Shown in pieces: positions 36,796 to 45,665 of a DNA stretch of 64,000 nucleotides. The notes under the pieces were generated by a model that did no database searches, was not told where the DNA came from, and saw nothing but the letters and a program-made list of their open reading frames with translations. Positions within the stretch are counted from its first letter, which is position 1. Every line of letters begins with the position of its first letter. Made by a program: the position numbers and the translations under genes. The DNA is from a virus. Location of the stretch: IMG/VR virus record IMGVR_UViG_3300047586_000081, positions 3,014 to 67,013 of that record; one strand, given 5' to 3'.

Positions 36796-37242
36796 CTAGT
36801 AGTAGGGAAGAGGCTGATCGGTCCAGACCTCGTAGGTCCCACCGATGGCGTAGTAGGTCTTCCCTTCTGCATCGACATCCTTGGCGTACAAGTCCGCGAC
36901 ACGTCGGCAGAGGAGGGTGGTTTGCCCGTATCCAACATCCAACGACGCATCGTGGAGAGCGTTGGCGACGAGCTGATCGATGTTACCGGCATCGACCGGG
37001 TTGTCATCGAGCACGCTGATGTCGAAGCCCGCCACGTGCATGACTGACATGTGGGTATACCGCATGGGGTCAAACACGGGGACGTAAACCAGGAACGGGT
37101 ACTTCGCGTTGGTGTCGGCGAAGTCCTCATAGAAGCCCGTCAGCGGGGGTTTCAGGCCCGTCGCTGCGCGGAGCTTTCTCACCAGAGCTGCCCGGATATG
37201 AATGGAGGTGGAAGGTGCCACCGCAGGCGTTGTCACGGTCAC
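36796..37242 (-). CDS. tail terminator (DUF3168-like)
   Basis: L...L.A...L, YPF.VY; position. Confidence 0.8.
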   Translation of the reverse strand: MTVTTPAVAPSTSIHIRAALVRKLRAATGLKPPLTGFYEDFADTNAKYPFLVYVPVFDPMRYTHMSVMHVAGFDISVLDDNPVDAGNIDQLVANALHDASLDVGYGQTTLLCRRVADLYAKDVDAEGKTYYAIGGTYEVWTDQPLPYY

Positions 37243-38027
37243 CTCCCGAGTTCTTGCTTGAGGTGCGTCTTGAGCATCTGGGGGAAGTAGAATTCTGCTT
37301 CCTTCAGGGCGGGTCTCATGAAGGGCTGAGCTGCCCCATGCCGCCTGGTGCCGAACTCGACGTACTTCGCGTACGGCGCCTTCGAGCCACCAGCGAGGAT
37401 GAGGCGCCGGATGACGCTACCTTCGTCGGCGTCCTCGACATGGATGGAGTCACGCAGGTTGCCGCCCGTGCGCGGCTCTCCACCTGTGTTGGACAGCGCC
37501 CGACCTGACCTCAGCTCTCGCTTACCGGCCTCAGTCAATCTCGCCTCAGCGGCTGTGTTGATGGCGTATCGCGGCTGGCCCCACTTGGGCGCGGGCAGCT
37601 CGGTAACTAGTCGGAGCGCTCCGCCTTCTCCTGCGCGCATCGTGCGTCGCAGATCGCCAGCGGGTCCACCCTTGAGCTGCGGCAGGAAGGCGTTTGCCTT
37701 GTTCCGCATTGGAACCAGCGAGTGCTGACGAGCCGTCTCGCGCATCTTGATCGTGGCCGCGTAGCCCGTCTTGCGGTACGCCGCCCGCGAGTATGGCGTG
37801 CTCGCCGGAGCGGCCTTCTGAGCTGGTAGACCCAGTGCCTTCAGCATAGGCGCTTCGGTGGCGACTTCGGAGGAGGTCTTCCAGCGCCGGTGAGTGCTCT
37901 GGCCGTGGAAGAGCTTGCGTACCGGGGCCTTCTTCTGGGCAGAAGTCAGGATGCGCTCGGCAACATCATCCATGGCGCTCTGAACAGCGAGCTTGATCCC
38001 GGCATAGACGCGGTCCATGTCAATCAT
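37239..38027 (-). CDS. HK97 gp10-like neck protein with a large insertion
   Basis: AQKKAPV...GNLRDSI...APYA.YVEFGT...AQPFMRPAL. Confidence 0.9.
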   Translation of the reverse strand: MIDMDRVYAGIKLAVQSAMDDVAERILTSAQKKAPVRKLFHGQSTHRRWKTSSEVATEAPMLKALGLPAQKAAPASTPYSRAAYRKTGYAATIKMRETARQHSLVPMRNKANAFLPQLKGGPAGDLRRTMRAGEGGALRLVTELPAPKWGQPRYAINTAAEARLTEAGKRELRSGRALSNTGGEPRTGGNLRDSIHVEDADEGSVIRRLILAGGSKAPYAKYVEFGTRRHGAAQPFMRPALKEAEFYFPQMLKTHLKQELGR

Positions 38028-38386
38028 CGCTGCCGCCTGATCGTGACCTCAAGGGCCTCTTGCCAGGTGGCGTTGCGAATGTCGATGACCTGGTAGGAGT
38101 CACCGAGGATGGTCACGCGGTCATTCGGAATGATGTCCGTGGCCACAGGCACCCACAGGCGGTGGGTTTGCACGGTAACCTTGCGGCCACCTTCCTGAGT
38201 CGAGTCATTGACCGGCGTTGAGAACAGCCAGCCCCAGACCGTCTCGACCTCCACGTCCGCCCGGGCGTCGTCGCCGTAGATGCCCTCGGTGAAGGCGGGC
38301 CGAAAGATCGTGATCTGCACCTTCTCGTTGGGATCCACCATAGCCTGAACCGCAGCCAGCTGCGAAGTGGAGAGAAGCGGTTTCAT
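38024..38386 (-). CDS. head closure / head-tail joining protein
   Basis: TDI.P.DRV.I.G..YQV; position. Confidence 0.8.
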   Translation of the reverse strand: MKPLLSTSQLAAVQAMVDPNEKVQITIFRPAFTEGIYGDDARADVEVETVWGWLFSTPVNDSTQEGGRKVTVQTHRLWVPVATDIIPNDRVTILGDSYQVIDIRNATWQEALEVTIRRQR

Positions 38387-39330
38387 CTGAAGCCGCCAAA
38401 GATGTAGTCTCCGAGCAACAGCTTGGCCGCGTCAGGCATCTGGTTGCCAGGCATCTGTACTCCCCGCAGAGGCCGCGGCTTACGAACAGAGAGTTCGCCG
38501 AGGTGAACTTCCTCCAGCGGCTCCATGCCCTTAGAGGCCAACTCGCGCTGCCCCAGTAGGTAGACGATGGTCTCACCGGTGGCCGCGGCGACCGCGCCGG
38601 GCAGGTTGTGGCGATACGTTAGCGTCACTAGACCCGCGGTCGGCGTAACCAGCTTCACGGTTCCCTCGATGGAGTTGAATGTATAGTCAGAGGTGGGGGT
38701 CTTTGTGACGCCATCGATCTTCACGACGGGCGTAACCGTCAAATCCCAGAACTGGTTCTGGGCGCGGTACGTGTCCGGCATGACCGAGTCCGACGTGGTG
38801 GCCTCGATGTCGTCGAGGACCTCGACCATCAGCGGCTCATCCACCTCATCAAAGTCGTAGCCATAGGTGTACTTCATCACACCAACAGGGCGAGCCAGCC
38901 CCAAGTTGGGGACCAGGCCGGATCCGAAGACACCGATGGAGGTGACGGCCAGGGCGACGACTTCCACGTAGCCGCTGGACTCGTTGACGTACATCGACTG
39001 ACGACTGACGGAGTCTGTCTCGGTCACGATGTCCACGTGCTGCGAGTTGGTCACGTCGATGCGGAAGGCCAACACATCCTTGATCGGAGTGTGCCATGGC
39101 CAGAAGCGCCGCGTCCCGTACTGCTGGTCGGTGCCGATGTCCCAGTTGTGCTTCTCGTTGGTGATGGTGCCGCCCAGGAAAGAGTGGCGCTGAGGCAAGA
39201 GAGGGACGTTGCAATAGGTATCCACCATGGCCGACGCTTCGTCACAGAGCGAGCGCAGCGCCAGGTCGGAAATACCCACGAGGTCGATGCCCGATCCGAT
39301 GCTTCGGAGTCGAGCGGGCGTCATGTACAT
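38383..39330 (-). CDS. head-tail adaptor
   Basis: AAGGAGG then ATG 39330; YMT...L, AS..VD.YC, YTYGY, LP..V..A. Confidence 0.8.
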   Translation of the reverse strand: MYMTPARLRSIGSGIDLVGISDLALRSLCDEASAMVDTYCNVPLLPQRHSFLGGTITNEKHNWDIGTDQQYGTRRFWPWHTPIKDVLAFRIDVTNSQHVDIVTETDSVSRQSMYVNESSGYVEVVALAVTSIGVFGSGLVPNLGLARPVGVMKYTYGYDFDEVDEPLMVEVLDDIEATTSDSVMPDTYRAQNQFWDLTVTPVVKIDGVTKTPTSDYTFNSIEGTVKLVTPTAGLVTLTYRHNLPGAVAAATGETIVYLLGQRELASKGMEPLEEVHLGELSVRKPRPLRGVQMPGNQMPDAAKLLLGDYIFGGFR

Positions 39331-39344
39331 CGACCCTCCTTGAG

Positions 39345-39705
39345 AGCAGGGGGTCAGCCTCCTGCGTACCATCGCAGGGCACGACCCCCTGGAAGTGAGA
39401 ATGACCCCAGGCCCCGCGTTGCTGTCGGCTGGTGGCTTCCCGGCTAGACCCCACAACCCCCCACTCGGGGGTTGAAGGGGTCGTGGACGTGTCCACTTTT
39501 GCCGGAACCAGCGGGGTAGAAACCCCATCTAGGTTGTCGGAGCAGCCCCTCGCTCCCGGGGGGGAGGGCTTCGGCGCGGTGGCAGCGCCCATCGCTAAAA
39601 AAGGCGATGGTGCAAGCCGTGGCCTGGGATCAAGCCGGGAGCCACCCGGCGTAGACGGCGAGACAGGGTGGGCCGCTGGAGGCCAGCCCACCCCTCGCCG
39701 CGAAA
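39345..39705. ncRNA. putative large structured RNA between capsid and adaptor genes
   Basis: About 375-nt gap almost entirely paired (see findings). Confidence 0.55.
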
Positions 39706-39707
39706 GG

Positions 39708-41036
39708 CTATGACCGGCGAATACGGACCTTGGTGGAGAAGGTTGGAGCCTTCACCGCCAGACCCCACATGCCGAAGATGATGTACAGGTGGGTGAGCTG
39801 TCCGCTGATCCCGATGGGGATGTCGAGGACGGTCGGCCCATCCGTGCCCAGGTACGGCATGGAGATGGTCTCTTCGTCGAGCAGGTAGAGGTCCGCACAG
39901 GTCGTCGCAGCCGAGAAGGCTGAAGACGGGCTGTAGGCCCCGATGGAGTCGCCCGGAACGGTGGCGAAGGGCAGAGGACCGAACACGGTGTTCACCGCAT
40001 TGGTCAGCACGCCGACGCCGACGTTGACGAGGTTCTCGGGAGCCATGTAGCGGACGTTCTTGTCCTGCTGGATGTCGAACGCATGCTTGTCGAGCGGGTT
40101 GCCCCAAATGATGGAAATCGTTCCACCGAGGTTCTCCACAATCGCGCAAGCCATGTCGATCTTGGCGCGCATGTCATCCGGCGAACCCGCCAGGACATCC
40201 GCGTTCTCAGCACCAGGGCTGGAGCGCAGGATGTACCGGAGGCCGTCGAAGCCATTCACATCGTACACACCGGACTCATTGGACGTGGTGCCCGCGGAGT
40301 CGGTGCTTGTGCCCGAGAAGATCTGCTTCTGCATGGTGTGCGCAATGGCGCGCAGACCACCGGTCAGCTCAAGCTGCTCGGGATTGTACCCGGCACCACC
40401 CTGAAGGACAGCGAACTGGCTCTTCAGCGAGATACCACGCCTGGTGGCGACCACCGCGACGTTGGTCGTCTGGCGGAGGTACACGTTCTGATCGTCGGTG
40501 ACGGTGCCCAACTCAGCCATAAACTGAGCAGCGCCGAACGCCGTGATCTGGTTGTAGGCATGCACGAGGCCGTTCGCCGGTTCCTTGGGGAACCGCTCCC
40601 ACGCCGGGAACATGCGAACGTACAGCTCGTACAGCACCGGCTCAAGGTCCTGACGGATCAGGGCGGTGGCGCCAGTGGTGTCCAGGGCCTTGCGAAGCGT
40701 CGGGTTGCCCGACATCTCGATGGCGTGCTGGACAGCGTAGCCGCCTGCGTTGGCCCAGGCGCTGAACGGGATGCCGCCATCCTTCTCCGCCTGCATGGCG
40801 AAGAGGGCGAGCAGCTCCGGGAGCGTCTTCTTGCGAAGCTCCTGGCGCACTGCCAGAAGATCCTGGCGGCTCATGAAGCCGCGTTGGGTCAACGCGCTTC
40901 CGCCATCGACGATGCCGACGGGCGGGGTGGCGGGAGTGGTGTTGGGGGCCTCATTGCGGGCCGCCAACTGAGCCTGGATCTTCTCCAGGGTTTCATTTGC
41001 GGACTTGAGCAGGTTGGCCTGCTCTTCGGGATCCAT
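39708..41036 (-). CDS. major capsid protein
   Basis: 442 aa after the protease; ALIRQDLE, FDGL..IL, GLAVKAP. Confidence 0.9.
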   Translation of the reverse strand: MDPEEQANLLKSANETLEKIQAQLAARNEAPNTTPATPPVGIVDGGSALTQRGFMSRQDLLAVRQELRKKTLPELLALFAMQAEKDGGIPFSAWANAGGYAVQHAIEMSGNPTLRKALDTTGATALIRQDLEPVLYELYVRMFPAWERFPKEPANGLVHAYNQITAFGAAQFMAELGTVTDDQNVYLRQTTNVAVVATRRGISLKSQFAVLQGGAGYNPEQLELTGGLRAIAHTMQKQIFSGTSTDSAGTTSNESGVYDVNGFDGLRYILRSSPGAENADVLAGSPDDMRAKIDMACAIVENLGGTISIIWGNPLDKHAFDIQQDKNVRYMAPENLVNVGVGVLTNAVNTVFGPLPFATVPGDSIGAYSPSSAFSAATTCADLYLLDEETISMPYLGTDGPTVLDIPIGISGQLTHLYIIFGMWGLAVKAPTFSTKVRIRRS

Positions 41037-41038
41037 GT

Positions 41039-42829
41039 CTAGCTCTCCTTCTGGAGCAATTCGATGAACTCGTCGCTGTAGATCTCCCGAAGGTTCTCGA
41101 ACTTCGAGACGGCCTCGGTAAACCTGGTGCGGCGACCCATCGGGGTCGATGCGATCTTGTCGATCACCTCAGAGGTGCGGCTGAGCAAGGTAGCTGATAC
41201 CTCGCGGGTTCGGGCCTCGGATGCCTCGGCATTGATGCGGAGTACGCGTTCTGCTACGAGATCTTTCCGGGCGGTGACCAACTCGTTGGTGGTTGCCGTC
41301 AGGGTCGCCAAAAGATCCGTGATCGTTTTGGCAACTTCAGGAAGTGCCTCTCGCGCCAGTTCGCGCGTGACCGTGTCGCCGAGGGCCGCGTCGTCACCCT
41401 CTGCCGTCTCGTCGGCAAGAGCCCCATCGGTCTCAGGATTGCTCGCGGGAGCGCCCTGTGGAGGAGCGTCGTCGGACGGGCTGTCCGTATCGATCTGGAT
41501 AATTGTAACCTTCGCGTCCTCAAGATCAAGAGCCTTCTCGCTCTTGTCGTCGTCGTCGCCATCCTTGCGCTCGTCGCTGGTGTTACCAGCTCCGTCGTCG
41601 GAGTCGCGATCTGACTCATGAGGATGCTCTCCACCGTCGTCGCCATGTGAATGGTCGTGCTCGGGGGAGTTCATGGCTTCGCTATGAGGATGATCCTCTT
41701 CGCCGCCATGGCCATGATCGTGGCTGTGCTGATGAGCGTGGTCGTGAGTGTGGGTTGTCCCATCCTCGTGACTGTGCTCGTGCTCGTGCTCGTGTGCATG
41801 GTCATGCTCATGACTGAAGTCAGGGCTGGCCGCGTCGGTCAGGAAGTGATGCACATCGAAGTCATCCGTGAGGGCTTCGAGGAAGTCGGCTTCGGCGAGG
41901 GCGTCCGTCTTTTCGCGGTCGCCTATCCCGGCCGACTTAGCGTGGGCTTCGAGGTGGGCCTTGCCGCACTGCTCGTTACCCGGATCGCCAATTCGGGCCA
42001 AGGCATTCTTTTCCAGGTAGCTCTTGAGCAGAGCCGTGTCGAGTGCGCCACTCATCGTGTGATGTGGGTAGTGACGCAAGCTGCGCGGCGTGGTCTTGCC
42101 AGACGAGTCCTTCTTGCCACCCGGGCTGATGCAGGCGAACGCGGAGTCGGGAAGCTCGTTGTGACTCTTCGCCACCATGCCGTCCGTGACCATCGCAACG
42201 CCGTCGAGCTGACCTTCGATGCGATACATGCCAGTCTCGGCATCGAGCGTGATCGTCGGCGCTGAGGTTTCCAGCTTGACTGCATCCTTCTGGATCCCCT
42301 TCAACGCCTTCACGGCGTAGTCGATCCAGGAACGCGGGTTCGCCGGAATGCCAACGATGCTGGCCTCCAGCAGGTTGACGTGGGAGATCAGGTACGTGCC
42401 GTCCTTGCGGCGGGTAGCCCCGCCTTCGGGGATCATGGCCCCGATGGACAGCCCGACCTTCGCCTTGCCCTTGCTGTTGTAGATGCCCTCCCAGGACGCA
42501 ACGGCACGCGGGTTGACGCCGTTGATGAGGACATCGAAGTCCAGGTCCCAGATCGGAGACCCGTCCTCCTTGGTGCCCCGCTTGGCTACGGCGGCGCGCT
42601 CGACCCAGCCGCCCATGTCCTCGGGGACTTCGTAGGAATGGTTGAGGAAGATGGTCAGACCCGCGTTCGCGGTGGCCATCATATCGTCGAGAGCGCTTTG
42701 CTCCATGTCGTCGCCGTGCAGGTCCTTGACCGTGGAACTAGCAACGCCATGCAGACGCATCGCTCCCTCAGCGTCCTTGGACGCCTTGAGGAGACCTGAG
42801 AAGATGTTGAACTTCACATCAGGCTGCAT
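41039..42829 (-). CDS. prohead protease-scaffold fusion with His-rich tract
   Basis: GVASS...D..GD, IFLNH, GLSIG, LLEASIV..PANP; acidic/His region; C-terminal helices. Confidence 0.9.
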   Translation of the reverse strand: MQPDVKFNIFSGLLKASKDAEGAMRLHGVASSTVKDLHGDDMEQSALDDMMATANAGLTIFLNHSYEVPEDMGGWVERAAVAKRGTKEDGSPIWDLDFDVLINGVNPRAVASWEGIYNSKGKAKVGLSIGAMIPEGGATRRKDGTYLISHVNLLEASIVGIPANPRSWIDYAVKALKGIQKDAVKLETSAPTITLDAETGMYRIEGQLDGVAMVTDGMVAKSHNELPDSAFACISPGGKKDSSGKTTPRSLRHYPHHTMSGALDTALLKSYLEKNALARIGDPGNEQCGKAHLEAHAKSAGIGDREKTDALAEADFLEALTDDFDVHHFLTDAASPDFSHEHDHAHEHEHEHSHEDGTTHTHDHAHQHSHDHGHGGEEDHPHSEAMNSPEHDHSHGDDGGEHPHESDRDSDDGAGNTSDERKDGDDDDKSEKALDLEDAKVTIIQIDTDSPSDDAPPQGAPASNPETDGALADETAEGDDAALGDTVTRELAREALPEVAKTITDLLATLTATTNELVTARKDLVAERVLRINAEASEARTREVSATLLSRTSEVIDKIASTPMGRRTRFTEAVSKFENLREIYSDEFIELLQKES

Positions 42830-44072
42830 TTGGCTTGACCTCCGTTGATGTATCAGTTCCCGCCGCGGCCTTGCGGAGGAACTCATCGAACCGGGTCGCT
42901 GCCTCGTCCCAATTGAACGCGGCGACTACATGTTCCCGGCCAGCCTGCCCGAGTGATCGCCGTGCCCCTGCGGATTTGTAGAGGCGCTCGATGGCCTGGG
43001 TGAAGGCTGAGATGTCGGCGAGCTTCAGTTCCTCGCCTGAGGGGACCGTGACCTCGCGGTCGAGCGGTTCGACAAGCACACCGCCTGGCCCTACCGTCTC
43101 CGGTATGGCCGAGCAGTTCTGTGCGATGACAGGCACGCCGCATGCCAGTGACTCTGCCAGGGTCAGGCCGAAGCCCTCACCACCAGAGGTGGAGACGAAG
43201 ATGTCTGCGGCGTTGTAGAGGGCCGCCAGATCCGACTCTGGCCAGCCTTGGAAGCTGTTCATGTTGGCTGGCAGGAAGAACCGCTTGTGCAGGTCTTCAC
43301 GGCGGGACAACATCGATGTGATCCAGACCCCCGTCTGAACCCGGTCTTCGCACTGGAAGTGCACCTGGATGTCGGCGTGCCGCTCCATCGCGGGCCAAAG
43401 CGCATGCACCGTAGCCCCGAAGTCTTTGCGGGCCGAGTTCTTGTCCACCCGGAGTACCAAAAACCCATCAGGGTCGTAACCAAACGCCTTCTTGCATTCG
43501 CGTTTGGTGCTGACCTTGTTTCCGTTCGAGAGCGTGATGGGTTCCTTTGGGCTCACCGGGTGATATGTGATCGTGTCTACCCCGTGAGGCACGAGGTGTG
43601 AGTCCTTCAGCTGACCCTGTCCAAACTTCGACATCGCCACCACGAGCGATGCCTCGGCCAGCCCTTCGCTCCATATGGGCGGTAGGTTATATCCGTCGAT
43701 GGGGACGTATGTGACGATGGGGCGGTACTGGAGCAGGATCTTCTTTGCGTCGTATGGGTTCTCGTGCAGCATCGAGAGGATGACGTTTGCGTCCTGAAGG
43801 ATGAACACCACATCAGGTTCGACCGTTCCGAGCATCTCGATGTATCTGCTACGCCCATAGCTGTCGTTACCGACCAGCATGTTGGGCCGGTACAGTTTGA
43901 GTGGCGTTGGCTTGCTTGGATCCCTCAGCGAGGGCCAGAAGTCGCCGCGGTAGTTGACCCCCAGGACCGAGATGTCCCAGCCGAAGTCCTCTACCAGTCG
44001 TTCGCCGATGCTGTGCGTGACCCTACCAAACCCGGTGTGGCACCCAGCATCTGAGAGAAACAGAGCCTTCAC
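42819..44072 (-). CDS. GT4 glycosyltransferase
   Basis: TGFGRV, PHGVD, N..RK, YNAADIFV.TS.GEGFGL...E..ACG.PVI. Confidence 0.95.
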   Translation of the reverse strand: MKALFLSDAGCHTGFGRVTHSIGERLVEDFGWDISVLGVNYRGDFWPSLRDPSKPTPLKLYRPNMLVGNDSYGRSRYIEMLGTVEPDVVFILQDANVILSMLHENPYDAKKILLQYRPIVTYVPIDGYNLPPIWSEGLAEASLVVAMSKFGQGQLKDSHLVPHGVDTITYHPVSPKEPITLSNGNKVSTKRECKKAFGYDPDGFLVLRVDKNSARKDFGATVHALWPAMERHADIQVHFQCEDRVQTGVWITSMLSRREDLHKRFFLPANMNSFQGWPESDLAALYNAADIFVSTSGGEGFGLTLAESLACGVPVIAQNCSAIPETVGPGGVLVEPLDREVTVPSGEELKLADISAFTQAIERLYKSAGARRSLGQAGREHVVAAFNWDEAATRFDEFLRKAAAGTDTSTEVKPNAA

Positions 44073-44380
44073 TGCATTCCTTTCGCGCCAGCCTTGAATG
44101 TCTTACTTCGGAGCTTGATGCCAACCCAGACAGCCACGCAGAACAGCACCCACAGCACCGAGAGTCCAGCCTGTCTGGCTGGCGCGGTGCCATCTAGCCA
44201 TCGCGTGACCGTGAGCGGGATCGAGAACGCCTCCCCGGCCACGAACAACTGGAGCGGGGGGTTGATAGGCGCTGTGTGGCGCTGGGCTAGATAGATGGCT
44301 CCCACCACCAGCCCGATCAATGTCACCGTCAGGAGCATCGCCGGGCTGAGCATGGCACAGAAGTCATCGAGTTCAGGCAT
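44069..44380 (-). CDS. membrane protein with 3 TM helices
   Basis: Hydrophobic segments. Confidence 0.7.
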   Translation of the reverse strand: MPELDDFCAMLSPAMLLTVTLIGLVVGAIYLAQRHTAPINPPLQLFVAGEAFSIPLTVTRWLDGTAPARQAGLSVLWVLFCVAVWVGIKLRSKTFKAGAKGMQ

Positions 44381-44669
44381 CTGGGTCTTTCTCCTGGAGG
44401 TGAATTCGCAGGATGCGGATCTCGTTCTTGAAATCCGTGGCCTGCTGTTCTAGGTAGGAGATCCGTTCGTACAGATCTGCGTTCTCTGCCTCAAGAAGGG
44501 CGATGCGCTTGGTGGCGGCATCGAGGGTGTCTTTCAGGGTGCTCACTAGGGCTCCTGTGGCTGCGTTGAGCCCCAGTTTGCGATTGGCCCATAGGCCGAC
44601 CAGGGCAATGATCGCGGCGACAGCAGTCGCTACGATGATCGGGGCAAGAGATCGCAGGTCTGCGTCCAT
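44373..44669 (-). CDS. TM plus coiled-coil protein (holin/lysis-accessory-like)
   Basis: N-terminal TM helix then heptad coiled coil. Confidence 0.7.
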   Translation of the reverse strand: MDADLRSLAPIIVATAVAAIIALVGLWANRKLGLNAATGALVSTLKDTLDAATKRIALLEAENADLYERISYLEQQATDFKNEIRILRIHLQEKDPDA

Positions 44670-44687
44670 GTTTTAGCCCCTTCGGGG

Positions 44688-45359
44688 TTATGTGCGTTGA
44701 ACCTTTAGACTGACCAGGAGGCGGTTGCCACCTGAGCAGCTATCGACGTTGTAGCGCAGGATATCCCCGGCGGCGATGTCGGTTGTCCAGCTCGCGAGAG
44801 TTGCGTCCGTCTCCAGGCCGCCGCCCGAGAGCGTCGGTGGAGTTGCGTCGCAGATCGAGTCCGAGTCGGTCGCGGGCCAATCGCCCGCAGCGACCTTCCA
44901 GATGTCTACGATTGCCGTGGCAACCCCGACATCAGAGCATTCCCGCAACGAAGCGGATTGGATGGCCGCGTCGAAGTCCACCACGACATCACCCTTGATG
45001 CCAGGTGTGATCGTCGCTCCACCGCCGTCGATGAGGAAGTTGATCGTCTCGGTTGCCAGGCCAGTCGCGCCAGTGCCACCGGTTCCGCCAATGCCACCGG
45101 TTCCACCGGTACCACCCGGATCACCGGTTCCGCCAGTTCCACCGGTTCCACCGGCCGCGCCAGTACCGCCAGTACCGCCAGTACCGCCAGCCGAGCCAGC
45201 CGCACCGGTTCCACCAGTCCCGCCAGTGCCACCGGCGAAACCTGAACCGCCCAGCTCAACCTCGACGCCGACCCCAGTGGCCTCATCGATGATCTGAGAG
45301 AGCGCGTGTTGATGGTTGCCGAATGGTACCTTTTCAGACCAATCGACTGGCGGGCTCAT
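44688..45359 (-). CDS. head fibre/decoration protein with Gly-Gly-Thr repeats
   Basis: GGT run, then I.F.IDGGG..I..G.KG...DIW...GDIL domain. Confidence 0.75.
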   Translation of the reverse strand: MSPPVDWSEKVPFGNHQHALSQIIDEATGVGVEVELGGSGFAGGTGGTGGTGAAGSAGGTGGTGGTGAAGGTGGTGGTGDPGGTGGTGGIGGTGGTGATGLATETINFLIDGGGATITPGIKGDVVVDFDAAIQSASLRECSDVGVATAIVDIWKVAAGDWPATDSDSICDATPPTLSGGGLETDATLASWTTDIAAGDILRYNVDSCSGGNRLLVSLKVQRT

Positions 45360-45649
45360 GCTCGGGCCTGCACGACTATGGTGGCCGCCGCAGCGACAGT
45401 GGAGTCGTCGGAGACCTGCTTGGCAGTGACAACCCAGGAGCCAGCCTCTGGGAAGACGACGCCCAGGTACGTGTGCTTGCCATCAGACGAGCCCACGAAC
45501 GGGTAGCTCTGCCACTCGTCACCCTCGGAGGTCGGAGCCTCGAAATCGAGGTAGACCTCGGTGGTGCTGTCGAGCCCGGTGATGTCGAGGCGGGTGCTGC
45601 TTTCCTCTGCGAACGGGGAAGCGGGAACGGGGGTAATGAGAACAGACAT
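45356..45649 (-). CDS. Ig-like virion protein
   Basis: FPEAGSW.V.A beta-sandwich pattern. Confidence 0.6.
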   Translation of the reverse strand: MSVLITPVPASPFAEESSTRLDITGLDSTTEVYLDFEAPTSEGDEWQSYPFVGSSDGKHTYLGVVFPEAGSWVVTAKQVSDDSTVAAAATIVVQARA

Positions 45650-45665
45650 TGGAGTTCCTTCCTTG

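Noticed and set aside
39330-39713. ORFs across the capsid-adaptor gap and the 39528 start for the adaptor
   Set aside because: No RBS and low-information translations; strong AAGGAGG RBS at ATG 39330
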